Assembly (NCBI GenBank): GCA_963924565.1 | Contig: OZ004612.1 | Span: 21,080,001 to 21,144,000 of the forward strand | Origin: Ascidiella aspersa | Lineage: Eukaryota | Direction: 5' to 3' | DNA length: 64,000 nt | Shown here: in pieces, positions 34,373-48,200 of the stretch | Numbering within the stretch: position 1 is the first letter of the stretch | Layout: the number at the start of each line of letters is the position of its first letter | The notes under the pieces: generated by a model | Told to the model about the DNA's origin: nothing | What the model saw: the letters and a program-made list of their open reading frames with translations, nothing else | The model's database searches: none | Program-made: the position numbers and the translations under genes

Positions 34373-35577
34373 CAGGGGTGTTCAAAGGATTTCTGCCATG
34401 ATCCACCACAGCCAAACCTATAACAACATGATGATCCACCAAATACGAATAGTAAAAATATTGGACACGCTTTAATTTTTATGTTGCTTTATTTATGTAA
34501 ATGTACCCTACAACATATTGATAACTTTGTAAAACTCAAAAGTGAAGTGTGCTACAGCACCAAGATTTTTTCGGTGTGAAATATGATGAGTTGGTTAAGA
34601 CCAGGGGTCGGCAACCTTTTTCTAGTCGCGGGCCAACACCAAACTCAGAAAGGTCTTTGTGGGCCGCACAAAATGTTAACTCAGAGTTGTGTTATTAAAA
34701 TATTAGAACAACTTTTAATTAGGCGGACCTCGGATCTTTTTTTTTAATTTAAAAGGATAATTACATTTAAGGAAGCAGTAAAGTGTTGGCGCAAAGCGAG
34801 AGAAAAGGCGTTGTTTGGTTTAAAATTCGATCCCAAACTTCGTCATCCACACTACTGATGAAGAGTGTAATAAAACTTCTTCGAAGAAACGCGGTAACTT
34901 CAATAGTTAATCTTTGTTTAGTGTTTGTTAACCTTGAAGTCAGGGCGCACGTATCGAGCAAAGCTATAGCGCGAATCTTTTTTTAGGAATACCGGCATTT
35001 CTTTTAAATTTCGTGCAAGTTTTTATTACATTGCCGAAAATATAAAATGTCAAAAAATATATGTCCAATATTTTTTAATGCGTTTTCTATAATGATAACG
35101 AAGCGCTGATCTGATTCAAAAGACCGCATCAAAACGTAAACAAGCCAGACGTAGAAAGATGATTCGCGCGAAGCGGGGAAATTTTTTAAACTTACGTAGT
35201 TAAAATAGTCAAAAAGTATTTGAAATGGATTTGTATCTAGTTTGTCAAAGAGGCGGCGGACCGAATGAATTACATTAGCGGGGCGCATCCGGCCGGAGGG
35301 CTGTAGGTTGCCGACCCATGTTTTAAACTTTAGGTCTTACAATAGCATTGAATTGGGGCTTTCTGTCGCTGACTGATATCCTCAAACGCTCACATAGATT
35401 AGCATTTGGGAGTCTCGTGCTATGCTTGTTTTTTTTACAAAATTCATCAACACTGGCAATTGGTATTCACATGAAAACACTGTGGAAAGTTCATTTTTTC
35501 AAGACTACATTAGAAGATCCGCACAAAACGCTGAAAAGATCCGGAACGGATCGCGATCCGCCATTTGAACATGACCG
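34373..35577. mobile_element. hAT MITE with a nested family B copy (34602-35320, reverse)
   Basis: Outer element CAGGGGTGTTCAAA...TTTGAACATGACCG with TSD CACTTAAG/CACTAAAG; inner element CAGGGGTCGGCAACC...GGTTGCCGACCCATG. Confidence 0.75.
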
Positions 35578-37805
35578 CACTAAAGCTTACAAATGGACCG
35601 TTAGTTCGGCGCATTTATATCCATTAACAATTGTCCTGTACTGTAATAGTATGTTTGTATTAGGGTTTCCTGCTGTAACGTTTTTTAAACTTAAAATTAA
35701 ACAAAGGCTTTTTGAGGAAAGTAGCCTATTATTTTGATTATTGAACAAACGTTAAAAAATAAAATATTTAAAGAGGGAAAAAAAGTAAGATTATTTAAGA
35801 CAGAAAGTTTTTTTGTTAATTTTACGCCTAATATTTTTAATTTTTCGCTTTAAATCGGAACATCAACTTAGATTTTATGCACTGCGAAACATGTCAATGG
35901 TAAAGAACAAATGTGACACATTGCCATGCCATTGTTCATGATCATAAATAAATAATTGGATAAGGTGTGTACGGAGTATACCGATTGTTTACTATACCAG
36001 TTAAAACCACATGTAGATCGATAGGTTGGTCGCGTTAATTGCCTGGAAGTTGAGTTTTTTCGGAAAGTAGTGATAACTTCCTTTATGCAACCCAGAGCAT
36101 CACATATAGGGTTTAGAAGAAATCTGTATTTCTAGAAGTTAATAAATTTCACCTAATAAAAAATAAAATATATCTAACTAAACGTTAAACTTTTTAAATA
36201 TTCGGTTTAAACAATCAAAGTTTTGACCGATTTTTATTTATCTCTATAATAAATTGAAACTTTATCTATATAATAATTTGAACTCCACGCAAAACAAAAC
36301 GACACTAAAAAGCAGATAAAAATGCGCTAACTGACGTTTAAAATAAAAAGCGAAGAGCGTCGACGCACTAACAATTGAGTTACATTCTCTGATAAAGGCA
36401 TCCTGGACTAAAAGTCGGATAAAACAAATAAGTACCGGAAAAACTCCTTTCCAGTATATACTATTGCTGGTAGCAAAAGCATGAGTATTCTTGTTTCTAA
36501 TGCTACACACCGGTTGCTGTGGAAAAAAAGTTTTGGTGCTTTTTTCATTTTAGTGTTTTATTGCTTTTGCTTTCACTTGAGTTTACTGACGATATCATGA
36601 GATTTTGCCAAAAAGTTTGTGAACAACGATATTTCTATTTAACGAGTATTATGGTTTGGGTATTTTTTATTTTTAAATTACTGAGAAAACCCGTGTACGG
36701 TATTCCAAACTTACAAGCTGATGTCGAATTCAAAACGTGAATATATTTCAACAAAACCACGAATTTTCCAGGTAATGTCCTGTCGGTTAGGTCTCCGCAG
36801 AAAATTGTGTCATTTGCACAGGCGTGTGTGTAAAACGCGAATGACGCTGTGGACAGATACAACAACTTCCTTTATAAACCACAACACGCGTGTCGTACGC
36901 CGCCAACCCTCCCGTTATATCACGACCCAATTTTACGTTTTCACTTCCACGGAATTGTAAACAACGTCGGTGTGTAGCCAGACAGAATGGCCTGTGTGGC
37001 GATTATAGAAAGATAAGACCAGGAGAGACGCTGGTTTTTCGTTTATACTTGCGACTCATTTTCTACCAAAGTAAGTGATGCTTTTTAGACAGTAGGATTG
37101 AGATCCTTTAAACAAAGAAATAACAACTTATACATTGTCCCGTTTTTTCGAATTAGTGATTTTGTAATAATTAGTGGTTTTGTAAAGTTCAATAGGTTGT
37201 ACGCGAAAATTTACCTTTTTGTTAAAGTACAGCATTAGAGCACAATAACCACACTTTACCTTACAAAGTTTTCTAATAATCAAGATCAGCTTCCAATATG
37301 CCGAAAAGCAAAATATGTTTGTTGCGACTAGGATATTTTTCCTATTCCGCACATTTAACGAGTATTTAACTAACATTTTTAAGGCGAACTTTTACGGTAT
37401 TAAACATGATGAACCGATGCATAGCGTTGCTTAAAATCTATAAAAAGTTTGCAAATAACATTTTTTGAGAAAATTGTTACGTTACTAAATAGTAGCAATG
37501 GGTATAAAACAGTGTTAACGAAAAACGGGATTGTTATACTGAAACGAATTCTAGGCAGAGAAAGTAAATTTTACTGATTGTTTTGAAGGGTAGCAAGATA
37601 TCAGATAAGTTACGATTATTAAGTCCTATAACCATTTGTATAAGACAAATTTTTTTACAAGAAAATAACATCGGTTTGAGCATTTATTTTTCGCGTTGTG
37701 AATTATAGCTGTTTTCATGGCTAATATACCTTTTGTAAAGCTAAAATTGCGATATATATACCTCTTAAAATTACAGCCCAAACTAGATACAGAACATAAT
37801 AATTA

Positions 37806-38224
37806 GAGCGAATATTTTTTTACCCAAAAAATTTGAAATTTTGACCTGAAAAATTAAAATTTTGACAAATTTTTACCTAAATATAATTTATTATGACAAA
37901 ATTTTGACCTTTTAGAAATACATTGATTTAAATGAGCTAGGCGACATTAATCACGCGTTTTTTATACCGTATATTGATCTAATAAAGATATAATACGGTT
38001 AAAATGACTTTGAACACAAATCAAAATTAATTTTTTTTTGATAAAATAGAACGATAAATTTCAAAACAACTGAACGACGAATTTCAAAAAGCTGACTATA
38101 TATTTTTTTTAATTTTGTAAACGATTTATGTGCATTTTTATTTGATTTTGACTTTACAAATTTTTGACAAATTTTGACCTAACGTGGAAATTTTGACAAA
38201 ATTTTGACTTTTTAATATTCGCCC
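37806..38224. mobile_element. PIF/Harbinger-like (Tourist-type) MITE
   Basis: TIR G(A/G)GCGAATATT...AATATTCGCCC flanked by TTA/TAA, with internal TTTTGAC repeats. A second copy lies at 52541-52892. Confidence 0.6.
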
Positions 38225-38476
38225 TAATAATAATATATTAGGTATTAGCTAACATCATGGCTGATAAACGCTCGCTGTTCAGTTTGGCGTTGAATAACCG
38301 CGTCCCTTCAAAGCTTGTCGCATACGTCTAGATTTATTGTTTTTAATCTACATAGTAGTTTTATTTTAGAATGGTAAGTTTATAGAACGGCTAACGCATT
38401 CTTGTTTTATTTATTAAATCTGAAGAGGTTAACTGATATCTTCTGTCCAAACTTAGGTTTAAAACTTTATTTACAC

Positions 38477-38912
38477 CAGTGGTTCTCAAGCTTTTTAGCA
38501 TACGGACCTGTTAAATTTCAAAACAAATTTTGCGGAAAAATGTAGTTACGACAAAAGTATGCAACTTAAAAGCAAATAATGGAAATTTCAATTTAATGAC
38601 CAATTTATCGCTGTCTGTTTAATATCATACGTGTCATACGTGGTTCTATTGAAGTTTTTTACATACAACTGGTCTTAAAGTTTAACGAGTTGTAGCCTAC
38701 TTTTAAACAGATGGGCACAACACTTGCAGGGCAGCATTGTGACGTACGATATTCTACATTACGTCACAATCCTGCAAATTACGGAACTGGCGAAGTTTTA
38801 AATTGATGGGCAAGCCTTCAACATGTTGCATTTTGTAATTGAGATACAAAATTGTAATATATTTGGCGGACCGGCAGAAAAGTTGACGCGGACCGGCGGT
38901 TGAGAACCACTG
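38477..38912. mobile_element. hAT MITE
   Basis: CAGTGGTTCTCAA...TTGAGAACCACTG; TSD ATTTACAC/GTTTACAC. Confidence 0.88.
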
Positions 38913-39819
38913 GTTTACACCAAAATAGATGTTTATGCCCTGTTTGTCCTATTAGGTGTGCATATGATGTTATTTTGTGTTATTTTAGCGATATGTTCTG
39001 AATTTCGAGACCCACAGACCAAACGCCTTTCACAAAATTGCCTCCCGATGGTTTGTTTAATGGGATATTTTTTGTCCGAAATGAAATATTTTTGTCCGAT
39101 ACCGTATCTCATTTCTGATAAAACTTGTTATCCTACCCTAAGCAATGCTATAGTAACAAACATAACCTTATAAAATGATTACAAAAGTTGTGCTGTAGGA
39201 TGAATTTAATTGTGCTGTGTTATGAATCGTATTTTGACACCCAACACCTAAAGCGGCTATCTAGTTTCAATTACATTCGGCAAAACTGCTGAAAACTTGT
39301 TCAGAAACAATCAAGTCTTGGCCGCAGGCGCATACAATGTGTCAAACATTCTTTTTGCTTACGCCTGTGACGATTGGCAAACGAAGGCGCAAGATTTACG
39401 CCACGTACATAATACAGTAAAGGAAGCGTAGGCGTTGCTATGTGTGGATAAGCCATTATAGAAAATCGCTCAGTACAGATTTTTGCTTTAGGCATAAATA
39501 AATCCGTTCGAACTAATCACGTTCTCAGGGCAATTTTTTTTTTTAATTTCTAAAATGTGAAAATGAAAAGAATATATTATCAGATTTAATTAAGGCAAAA
39601 CGATTTCGTGATTTCAAGATTTGGATATTTTAGCTTGACTGGTTGGTTATAGTTTGTTTGTATATGACAATAAGTTGCAAACCATTTCACTGAAAAAATG
39701 CAGTCATGTTTATGGAGTTTCTGTTTGACCGTAGTCTGTATTGCATTACAGGAAATGTGGCTATAACTTACTACGAGTATTTTGACTTTATAAGATCTAT
39801 AAAATTGCATTTTTGACGA

Positions 39820-40605
39820 CCTATAGTTTGACCAGCGCCGTTAGGGCGTCGCTGTTGTGCCCTTGAATTGTTTTCCACTGTTAGGGGTTGGTAGGGGGTA
39901 ATGGTAGGAGTTAGAAATTGGGTAAGGGTTAAAATTAGTAGTGGAGTTAGTGATGTACTTAGGGTGTGGTTTAGGATTAGGTAAAGGCCTGAATATGGCC
40001 ATAATAACGGATTAAGCTTTATTCCGATTTAGACGTTATTACGACTAGTAAGTAGGGAATAAACAATAAGACCTAAAGCAGAAAAATTCATAAAACCACA
40101 GTATTAAAATCAACGACATTATAAGGCCAAATATGCCGTAATATCCACAATAGAATAAGAACATAATCGTCTAAATAAGACATAAACCTGTCGGAATAAG
40201 TTCGGAATTAGGCCTAATAGGCCAAAATAACGCCTAAAACTGTAGGGAGAGGGTATGGGACGATCGGGGGGCATAAGTCGGGCATCGGCCGTTATGGTTT
40301 TGACGTTTGGGCGCCCTAGCCTGAATGGAGCCGTTAGGGCGCCGCTGTTTTGGCATCAGATTTTTGGGCTGTTTGGGGTTATTGGTGGGTAATGGGTGGG
40401 GTTATAAAATGGGCCGGGGTTGATATTTTTGGGGGAGTTAGTGATGTACTTGGAGTGGGGTTTGGGGCTAGCTAAAATGTTGTATATGCCTGATTCTGGC
40501 CATTTAGGTGTTATTCCGACGGATTTAGGCCTTAATCTGTTTTTTTTTTGTATTACGACTATTAGGTATTAGTGCTATTTTGGCCTTATTTCGAATTGTG
40601 TTTTG
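39820..40605 (+). mobile_element. Two adjacent foldback-like repeat copies (partial plus near-complete)
   Basis: The core GGCGCC...GGGTAATGG..GGTTA occurs twice (39820-40050 and 40075-40605). Confidence 0.7.
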
Positions 40606-42163
40606 CATCAAGTCCTAATAAATTGTGTTACTGATTTATTAACACTGTTTGGTGATTTTCCAATCGTCGATTTACGTAAATTGCGAAGGGTCAATAGTCT
40701 GACATATGATTTTTATTTTTCGGTTAACCGGTTAGACAAATATCCAGATATCCGTTATCCGGCTACTAAAATATACTAATATGCGAACCAACCCTAGGAA
40801 CGACCCATTCGAATGATTCAGAAAAATGTTGAGTCTGCTGGTTGAGCTCGCGCTCTGTTTGTCTATTAGCTGGCGGCGTCAAAGCTTTGGACGTCAGCTG
40901 TATACATAGCGCAAACTTGAATAACGTTAATCGAAGACCCTTGCGCCAGCAGTTAAGTCAGTTGATATTTAAGTTTATCAGTAATGACTATAGTTGTGCT
41001 AGGACCAGAAAACGTGGTAATATTTCTATGCGTTTTTGTATGGAAATATAGGTATATAGTATTACTAGAAACGTCCTTTGAATTGTAATTAGTTTTGCCT
41101 ATATTGTTTAAAACCTAAAATTGAAACTAGTGATTGAACTTGATAATGCATGACATTTAGAGGCATATTTTGACAATTTTGCTTCAAACACTCATCCAAA
41201 TTTCGCAAAGAGTTTATGTGATCCAAATAAAGGCATCCGCTTTCAGGCCAAAAAAATAAGTCTAAGTCAGATAAGGCAACAAAAATATAACAGTTCCAGA
41301 TTATTGACCATTTCGTTTGATATGTGTATATGTTTATTTTATTCTCTTTTGGCAATGTTATCACTGTTAGCCTAACGTTAACAGCATTTATTCAAAACTA
41401 AAGACTCGACTAAAAAGTAGTAAAATTGTTTTTTACCTGAACGACGTAACACAAATTTACCACGAATTAAAGAATGTGGCTAATTTAAATAATTATTTAG
41501 TGAGGGCACAAAATAGAAAGAATACGGAAAAATTATGCGGTTTTTGGCTTTTTTATTTTACCAAATTATTTGCTTTTATTAACAGCTGGTAACTCTTTAT
41601 TGTTGATTAATATTGATCACGAGATTTTAACATATTAAGTCTGATTAATTAGGCATTACGTTTTAAAACATCGGACTTCCGTCAATTCATTTGAAAGACG
41701 TCACAGGTCACAGCAGTGTGTGTTTATTGATGTATCGGCTTTAAGGTACATTGTTTTACGGCTTATTTTCAACCTTATTTATTACACCCCGTCCTATTTG
41801 TCTGACGACAACCCCATAAACCAACCCCTGAAACATTAACATTCCTAAAACATTTAGGTCTTATTTAATTAGGCATCGGTTTCTAAATGATTTATTTAGG
41901 CATCGGTTTCTGTTGAGTCACGTACCTAACACTCAAATTAGTGACTATAATTTATAAAGGCATTGTTCTAACTACCTGCTGTGCGTCATAGAAATTTTTG
42001 TCAGAGCTAAAAAAATCCGTTGCAAAATATGTAGCATAAATCCCATGGACAATCGTGGAATAAACTCTACTTTGATCGTTTCAGGTCAGAAACAAACAAG
42101 GCTATATTTAGAAAGCGAAATAATGGCAAGTAAAATTGTAGGAAGATAGATTACAGTGGCAGC

Positions 42164-42170
42164 TATAAAA
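42164..42170 (+). promoter_or_regulatory. Candidate TATA box of CYP-A
   Basis: GCTATAAAAA ~108 nt upstream of the ATG. Confidence 0.4.
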
Positions 42171-42271
42171 AACGTGTATTTCGCAAATGTATTGTATTAC
42201 CGAGTAGGGATATAGGAATTTTTAATTGCTAAATACTTATTGTGCAACCAACTTACTGCCATCGACTTGGA

Positions 42272-45200
42272 ATGGAGTTGGGTGCGTTGTTTGCTGATTA
42301 TCAAACTGCCGTGCTTGTTGGAGCCTTGGGGATTTTAGTGGCCTTCATCCTTTACAACCGTCGAAGACCGAAAAATTTTCCACCTGGACCGAATGGATTT
42401 CCATTGGTTGGAGTGGCTCCCTTTCTCGGAAAAAGACCTGACAAAAAGATAAACGTGAGATAATTAACTTACAATGAAATACAGATAAAAACTTATAAGA
42501 GATTAGCATTAGCAAAGAGTTTGTCAAAAATATTTCCGCATTTTTGTTACGATTGTGACTGGCCTATAGCTGAAAATATTTCATGTTACTATTTTTATCA
42601 GTTGTAAGACAGCGTTAAAATGATATGCCCATGCCGAAGTTAAGAACGGTATTGTGAACCACTTTATTCTCCACATTAGGACATTTTCACAGAAATATAC
42701 TTTTAGGAATACGCCCGGAAATATGGCGACGTTATGGGGGTTGACTTCGGAACTCATCACGTGCTGGTTCTCAGCTCGTACGAAGTTTTGAGCGAAGCTT
42801 TTGGCAGGCAAGGCGACTCTTATTCTGCACGGCCTTGGGCCTACTTACATGACGTAATTTGGGGAAAACACGGTAAGAGTGATTAACCCTTTACACTATT
42901 TTTCATTATGACATTATGAAGCAAGTGACGTAACGAAGTAGGTCTATAGCTAAATTATATATATTATTGTTGTTAATATTTTGTTGGACTCGCATTACAG
43001 AGATTGGCCATCCAGTCTATCTGATTACGGGCGAGACAAAGATTCAAACTTACATTTTTTATATTGAAAAGCCAACGCCTTTAAAACGAGTCTATACTAT
43101 AGTTAACTTAGGGTTTAACCAAAGGCGTAGCCAGAGTAAATTGTCCACGGCGGCAAACTATAAAAGTAGCGCCCCTTCCTCATGTTTAATCACATTTTCC
43201 ACTACACTAACATAATATAGGCCTACTTTACTTTATACGACAAAAACAATTACAATTTTAATAGAACTTGCTATTTAAAGAAGAAGCAGCCTCATTTTGG
43301 CGCCCTGTACCTTGGCGCCCGGGGACATATGTACCCCAACCCCTTAGCTACGCCTCTGGGTTTAACTGTGTAGGGTGTTGGTGCTGCCGGGTAAGGCAAT
43401 ACGGAATTTAGCTTGAACTGAATGTGTGATGTTACGCGAGGTTCTACACTTTTATTCTATACTTATGTCGATATCGCAGCGATCGCAATGAACGATGTCA
43501 ACGACGATTGGAAAGAGCAGAAAAAGTTCGTGATGCAATCCCTTCGCAAGTACGGTGTTGGCAAAGCAACTCTTGAAGGCCCGATCTTAGTGAGTTGACC
43601 GACCTTATATTAAATCATACAAAGAAATGTAACTGATTCAAAGTGATATACCAAACAAAAAACTCTTCATTTTTAGTGATCTGCTTTTTAATGGTACAGA
43701 AAATAAACAGTACTAAATATGAAAATAAAAGTTAATCTATATAGTAACATCCTCACGTTTTTCAGTAACAATGAAATCCTTTATATATAGGTCCGTTGTA
43801 CTTGTATTTTTGTCGTATTCATTTAAATTTTATTTTAACGCTTTTCAAGGTTTTACTGTAATTTAACGAAAATAGATTTTAATGATTTGCAGTTTCTTAT
43901 GTAGCCTATATTAAATAACCATACATTTAAAAATTTGTGTCGTATACTTTATTTTTTGCGGTACAATGTCACACACTTTGTGTTGCAGGATGAAGCTCGT
44001 TTTCTCTGTGAAGCTTTACGAAGTTGTGAGGGTGATTACAAACAAAGCTCGGTAATTACAGTTGGTTTTATTATTTTCGTGGTGCAATTTTTTCTAATCT
44101 TTCCCAGGGGTGTGTAACACTGATTTTTAGGGGGGGTGGAAAATTCGACTAAAAATGTTGTCGCATGTCACTTTAATTTGATAATAATACAAATTTCGTT
44201 GCATATGTTTACCATTTATAAGTAGCGCAAAATCAGTTGCTGTATACTAAAAGCATCGAAACAATTGCAAAAGGCATGTGCTAAAAACCCTTACCAGTGC
44301 TGATCAAACATGCAAACTATAAATAAAGTGCGGTAGGATGTCAGTATTTTTTAAGTATAGGGTGAGCTCAAGTAAGTAATAACGTATTACTTACCGGATT
44401 GATTTTCCTATAGATTAGGATTAAATGCGGGAAACGGGTGGGGTTAGAAATTGGGTTAGGGTTAAAATGATTGGAAGAATTAGTGATAAAGTTAGGGTTG
44501 GGTTTGGGTTTCGGCAAAATGTGGTATAGGCCTTATTCTGGACATTTAGGTATTATTGCGACGCGTTTATAAGACTAATTTAAGATGTTGACTATTAAGT
44601 ATTTGTTTATTTCGGACGTTAATGTTATTCTAATTTTAGATATGCACTACTATCTTAATAAATTCTTCGGCTCGTGTAAACCGTATATTCCTCTTAATGA
44701 AGATATTATACAGTTAAAATGTTGTTGGATGTAATTCAAAAACTCTGATAAAATAATGTGGCTATTAGCTATTAGCCACATTCTCCCCATTGGATCCGCC
44801 CTTGACAAGTAGTTGTGTAATTTGCATTGCGATGCAATCAATGCACTACACAAGTGATTAGGAACTTAACTACAGACAAAACTCTTGTAGCAAACTGTCA
44901 GTTAACTTAATTTTGTGTTTTTTTTTTACTGTAAACCTTTTTTGTAACGTTTTGTAACACATTTATGTGATACCTGCTTTGACTAGTCAGTAGGGATGTT
45001 TAAAGTAGAATATTGAAAAAGTAGAATATTGATGCCAATCTTTTTATTCTGCCTAATACGCCACTTTTGAAATCTAAAGTTTTTCCAGTCAATAAACTGA
45101 CTTTTTCGCACAACTGCAAATTTACGCACGAGTTCGCTTGACAACAACAGGTGTTTTCAAGACTAATTATTTTCTGACTAAAAAATTTCTTGCCCGCCCT

Positions 45201-48200
45201 ATATATTTGACGTTATTATATTTTCCAAAGGATTACATTATTGACGCTGTTGCGAACGTGCTTTGCAAAATCACCTTCGGTTCAAGGTTTAGTTACGATG
45301 ACGACAAAAGTTTCATGCAATACGCTCACAACCTCACAAAAAGATTTTCTGAAACCAGTTTTTCGCTGCAGGTATCGTTGCTAAATTCCTATATGCAATA
45401 TTATAGTAACATCGATTGCTTTTAGTTGAAATGTTAAATTAACATTAAAGACGTGTTTCTTCAGTATATAGCGGCCGCATTTGTTACTATTATGTCTTTA
45501 AAATTTGTAAAATAACTTAAGTTCATGTAAAGTCTTTTTGAATAATTAAAAAGTGAAGTCCCAGTCCAGGTCATCAGTTGCACAAGCCAAGTCTCAATCT
45601 ATGTAAGAGCAAGTAAACATCAAGGCACGTCCTATTTTTTTTTTTTTTTGTAAACATCAAGGCACGTCCTAACACATAGCAAGCAAATTGTTTTATGTGT
45701 AACAAATTTATTTAATGGCTTATAAAAAAATACTTGAAGAAAGTTCTGCATTTCAACTCAAGCCAATTGTCCAAAAGGCTTAAGTCAAGTGAACTCATTT
45801 TGCCCGAATGACTTAAGTCAAATCAAGTCCTTTGAAACAATTGACAAGTATTAAGTCATTGCAATACTGCTCGCCTGTAATTGACTTTCGCTTATAGGAC
45901 TAAGTTTAGTTTTAAACCACTTAACACAAAAAGCTCCAATTTATATGCCATTCCAAAACAAAAGGCATGTAGGCCAGAAAGTACTAATTAGTTTCCCGTC
46001 GATACGTTTGATATAATCGTTTAAATTGTTGAACATACAATAAATATATTATGTAGACTATTTAGGGGTATGCTTGAAAAACATTTATATTATTTTGGTG
46101 TTAAATTTTATTAAAGTAAGTTTAATCATAAAAATAAGGTAATAACTGTCGTGAAATTTAAAGAAAAAAAAAAATTCATGATTTTTGTATATTCCAGGCA
46201 TGCATTCTTCTTCCATGGTGTTATCTTGTTCCACCATTTCGACCTCAGCTTTTAAAGATGAAAAATCTTTTTGGTTTGGTATGAATTATTAAATATCGTA
46301 TTACGATTATTGTGGTAATTGGCAATCTAGTAGTTAGTTTATCAATCAATAAATTAAATTATTTTGAATGTAGGCTTAAAAAATAAGATGTCGCATGCGA
46401 CGTTTTACACATTTACATTCCATTACGTCCAATCGAGTGTACGCTACTTCGAATCTTGAACCATTTGTTTTGTTTCAGTTGCACGAGACTATTCACGGAT
46501 TTATTCAAACCCATATTAAGGAGCTAGACCCCAGCAATCCACGCGACTTCGTTGATGAATATCTTATTGAAGTAACCAAAAGAAATGCGGAACAAAATGT
46601 AGGAGCATTTTCAGGTAATTACATTCTTGTAACAGTTTTGAAAAACTATTATGTTACCTTGCTATTTAGCCTATACCCCTGGAAGTAGCTTTTAATACAC
46701 AGTGTTGTGAACAATGTTTTTCAAAATAACCAAATTCCCGGTCTTTCGTTTACTAATTTAAGTCCAAGTCAAGTCATTTGTAAAATAACTTAAGTCCAAG
46801 TCAAGTCTTTTTTAATAAATCACAAGTCAAGTCCCAGTCAAGTCATAATTATACCAAGTCAATCTCAAGTCGAGTCCTTGTCATAAAAAGAAAACGTTAA
46901 ACTACTAAAGTTGGTAAATTAGCTTGATTAAGAGCAAGAAAACAACTAAAATATAACAAAAAACGCAACATATAAATTGTTTTCTGTAGAATAATGAAGA
47001 CATTTATAAAACAAAATTATATAAAAAAAATGCTCATTTTAACCCAAGCCAGTTGTCCGAAAGACGTAAGTCAAGTCAAGTCTTTTTTTCCAAATGACTT
47101 AAGTCAAGTCAAGTCATTTGAAAACAGTGACTTAAGTAAAGTCATTGACTCAAGTCATTACAACACTGTCAATACATAGTATGGGACTTTTGCTTTTAAT
47201 TTTATGTCACATTTTGTTGTAAATATAGCAATTTATTATTTTTATTTTAAGGCAAATGACTTGACTTGATTTGCTTTGACATTGACTTTACTGAGACATA
47301 ACTTAAATTAAGTGATTGTGAAAATAACTGTACATATTTACCAGCCAAAACATGCAAATATGTCGTGAGAGATCTGTTCGTTGGCGGGATGGAAACAATC
47401 AGCAGCAGTATATCCTGGTGCTTGTTACTGCTCGCTAATCGTCCTGCTGTACAAAAGAGGGTAATGCTGGTCAAATAACTAATTAATGCTTTACTTCTTA
47501 GCTTTGTTAAGCAAAACTTTCTCGGGAAAGGAAGGTGTAGATTATTTTCTACACACTACCGCCATTTTCTGCTCTTCTGTATAAGCAAAATCAAGATGTT
47601 TTCGATACGTATATTCTATTTAGAAAGAAGACTTACGTTACATATCCTAGACGTTACATTTACAGTATTTATATAAATAACATTTGTATATTTTTTTATC
47701 TCCAGTTAACTTCATAATCAAAATGCAATCTTTAATATTGCTCATATTTCTTAGAAATATATTAGTTTTACCGTTTCCAAGGACAACGATTAGCTTTCTG
47801 TTCAACACGCAATTTCTGATATTGCTTATATTCATCTAAATTCTAAAATGTTGTTTGATGGTATGACAGTAGTATAGTTGCGTACAAATGGACTTGACAA
47901 CGCACTCAGTAATTATGCAGTAAACTAAATCTCATAATTTAATTCAGGTTTTTGCAGAGATTGAGGAAGTAATAGGAAAAGATGGTATTCCAACGATGCG
48001 ACATAAAGCCGAAATGCATTACTTATCAGCAGTGATGCTGGAAGCTCACCGATACAGAACTCCGCTTGCCTTTGGCCTGGCTCGAATGACCACCAAAGAT
48101 ACACGGCTGTGCGGCTACGATATCCCAAAGGTCTGTTTGCCTTTTTTAGAAAAAAAACCCCTAAAAAATCTCCCAAAATCTTTAGCAGGGAACATATATA

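Noticed and set aside
36930-37070. THAP zinc-finger remnant (F.LP...RR; C..HF)
   Set aside because: It needs several frameshifts and lacks the N-terminal CxxxxC and the invariant Trp.
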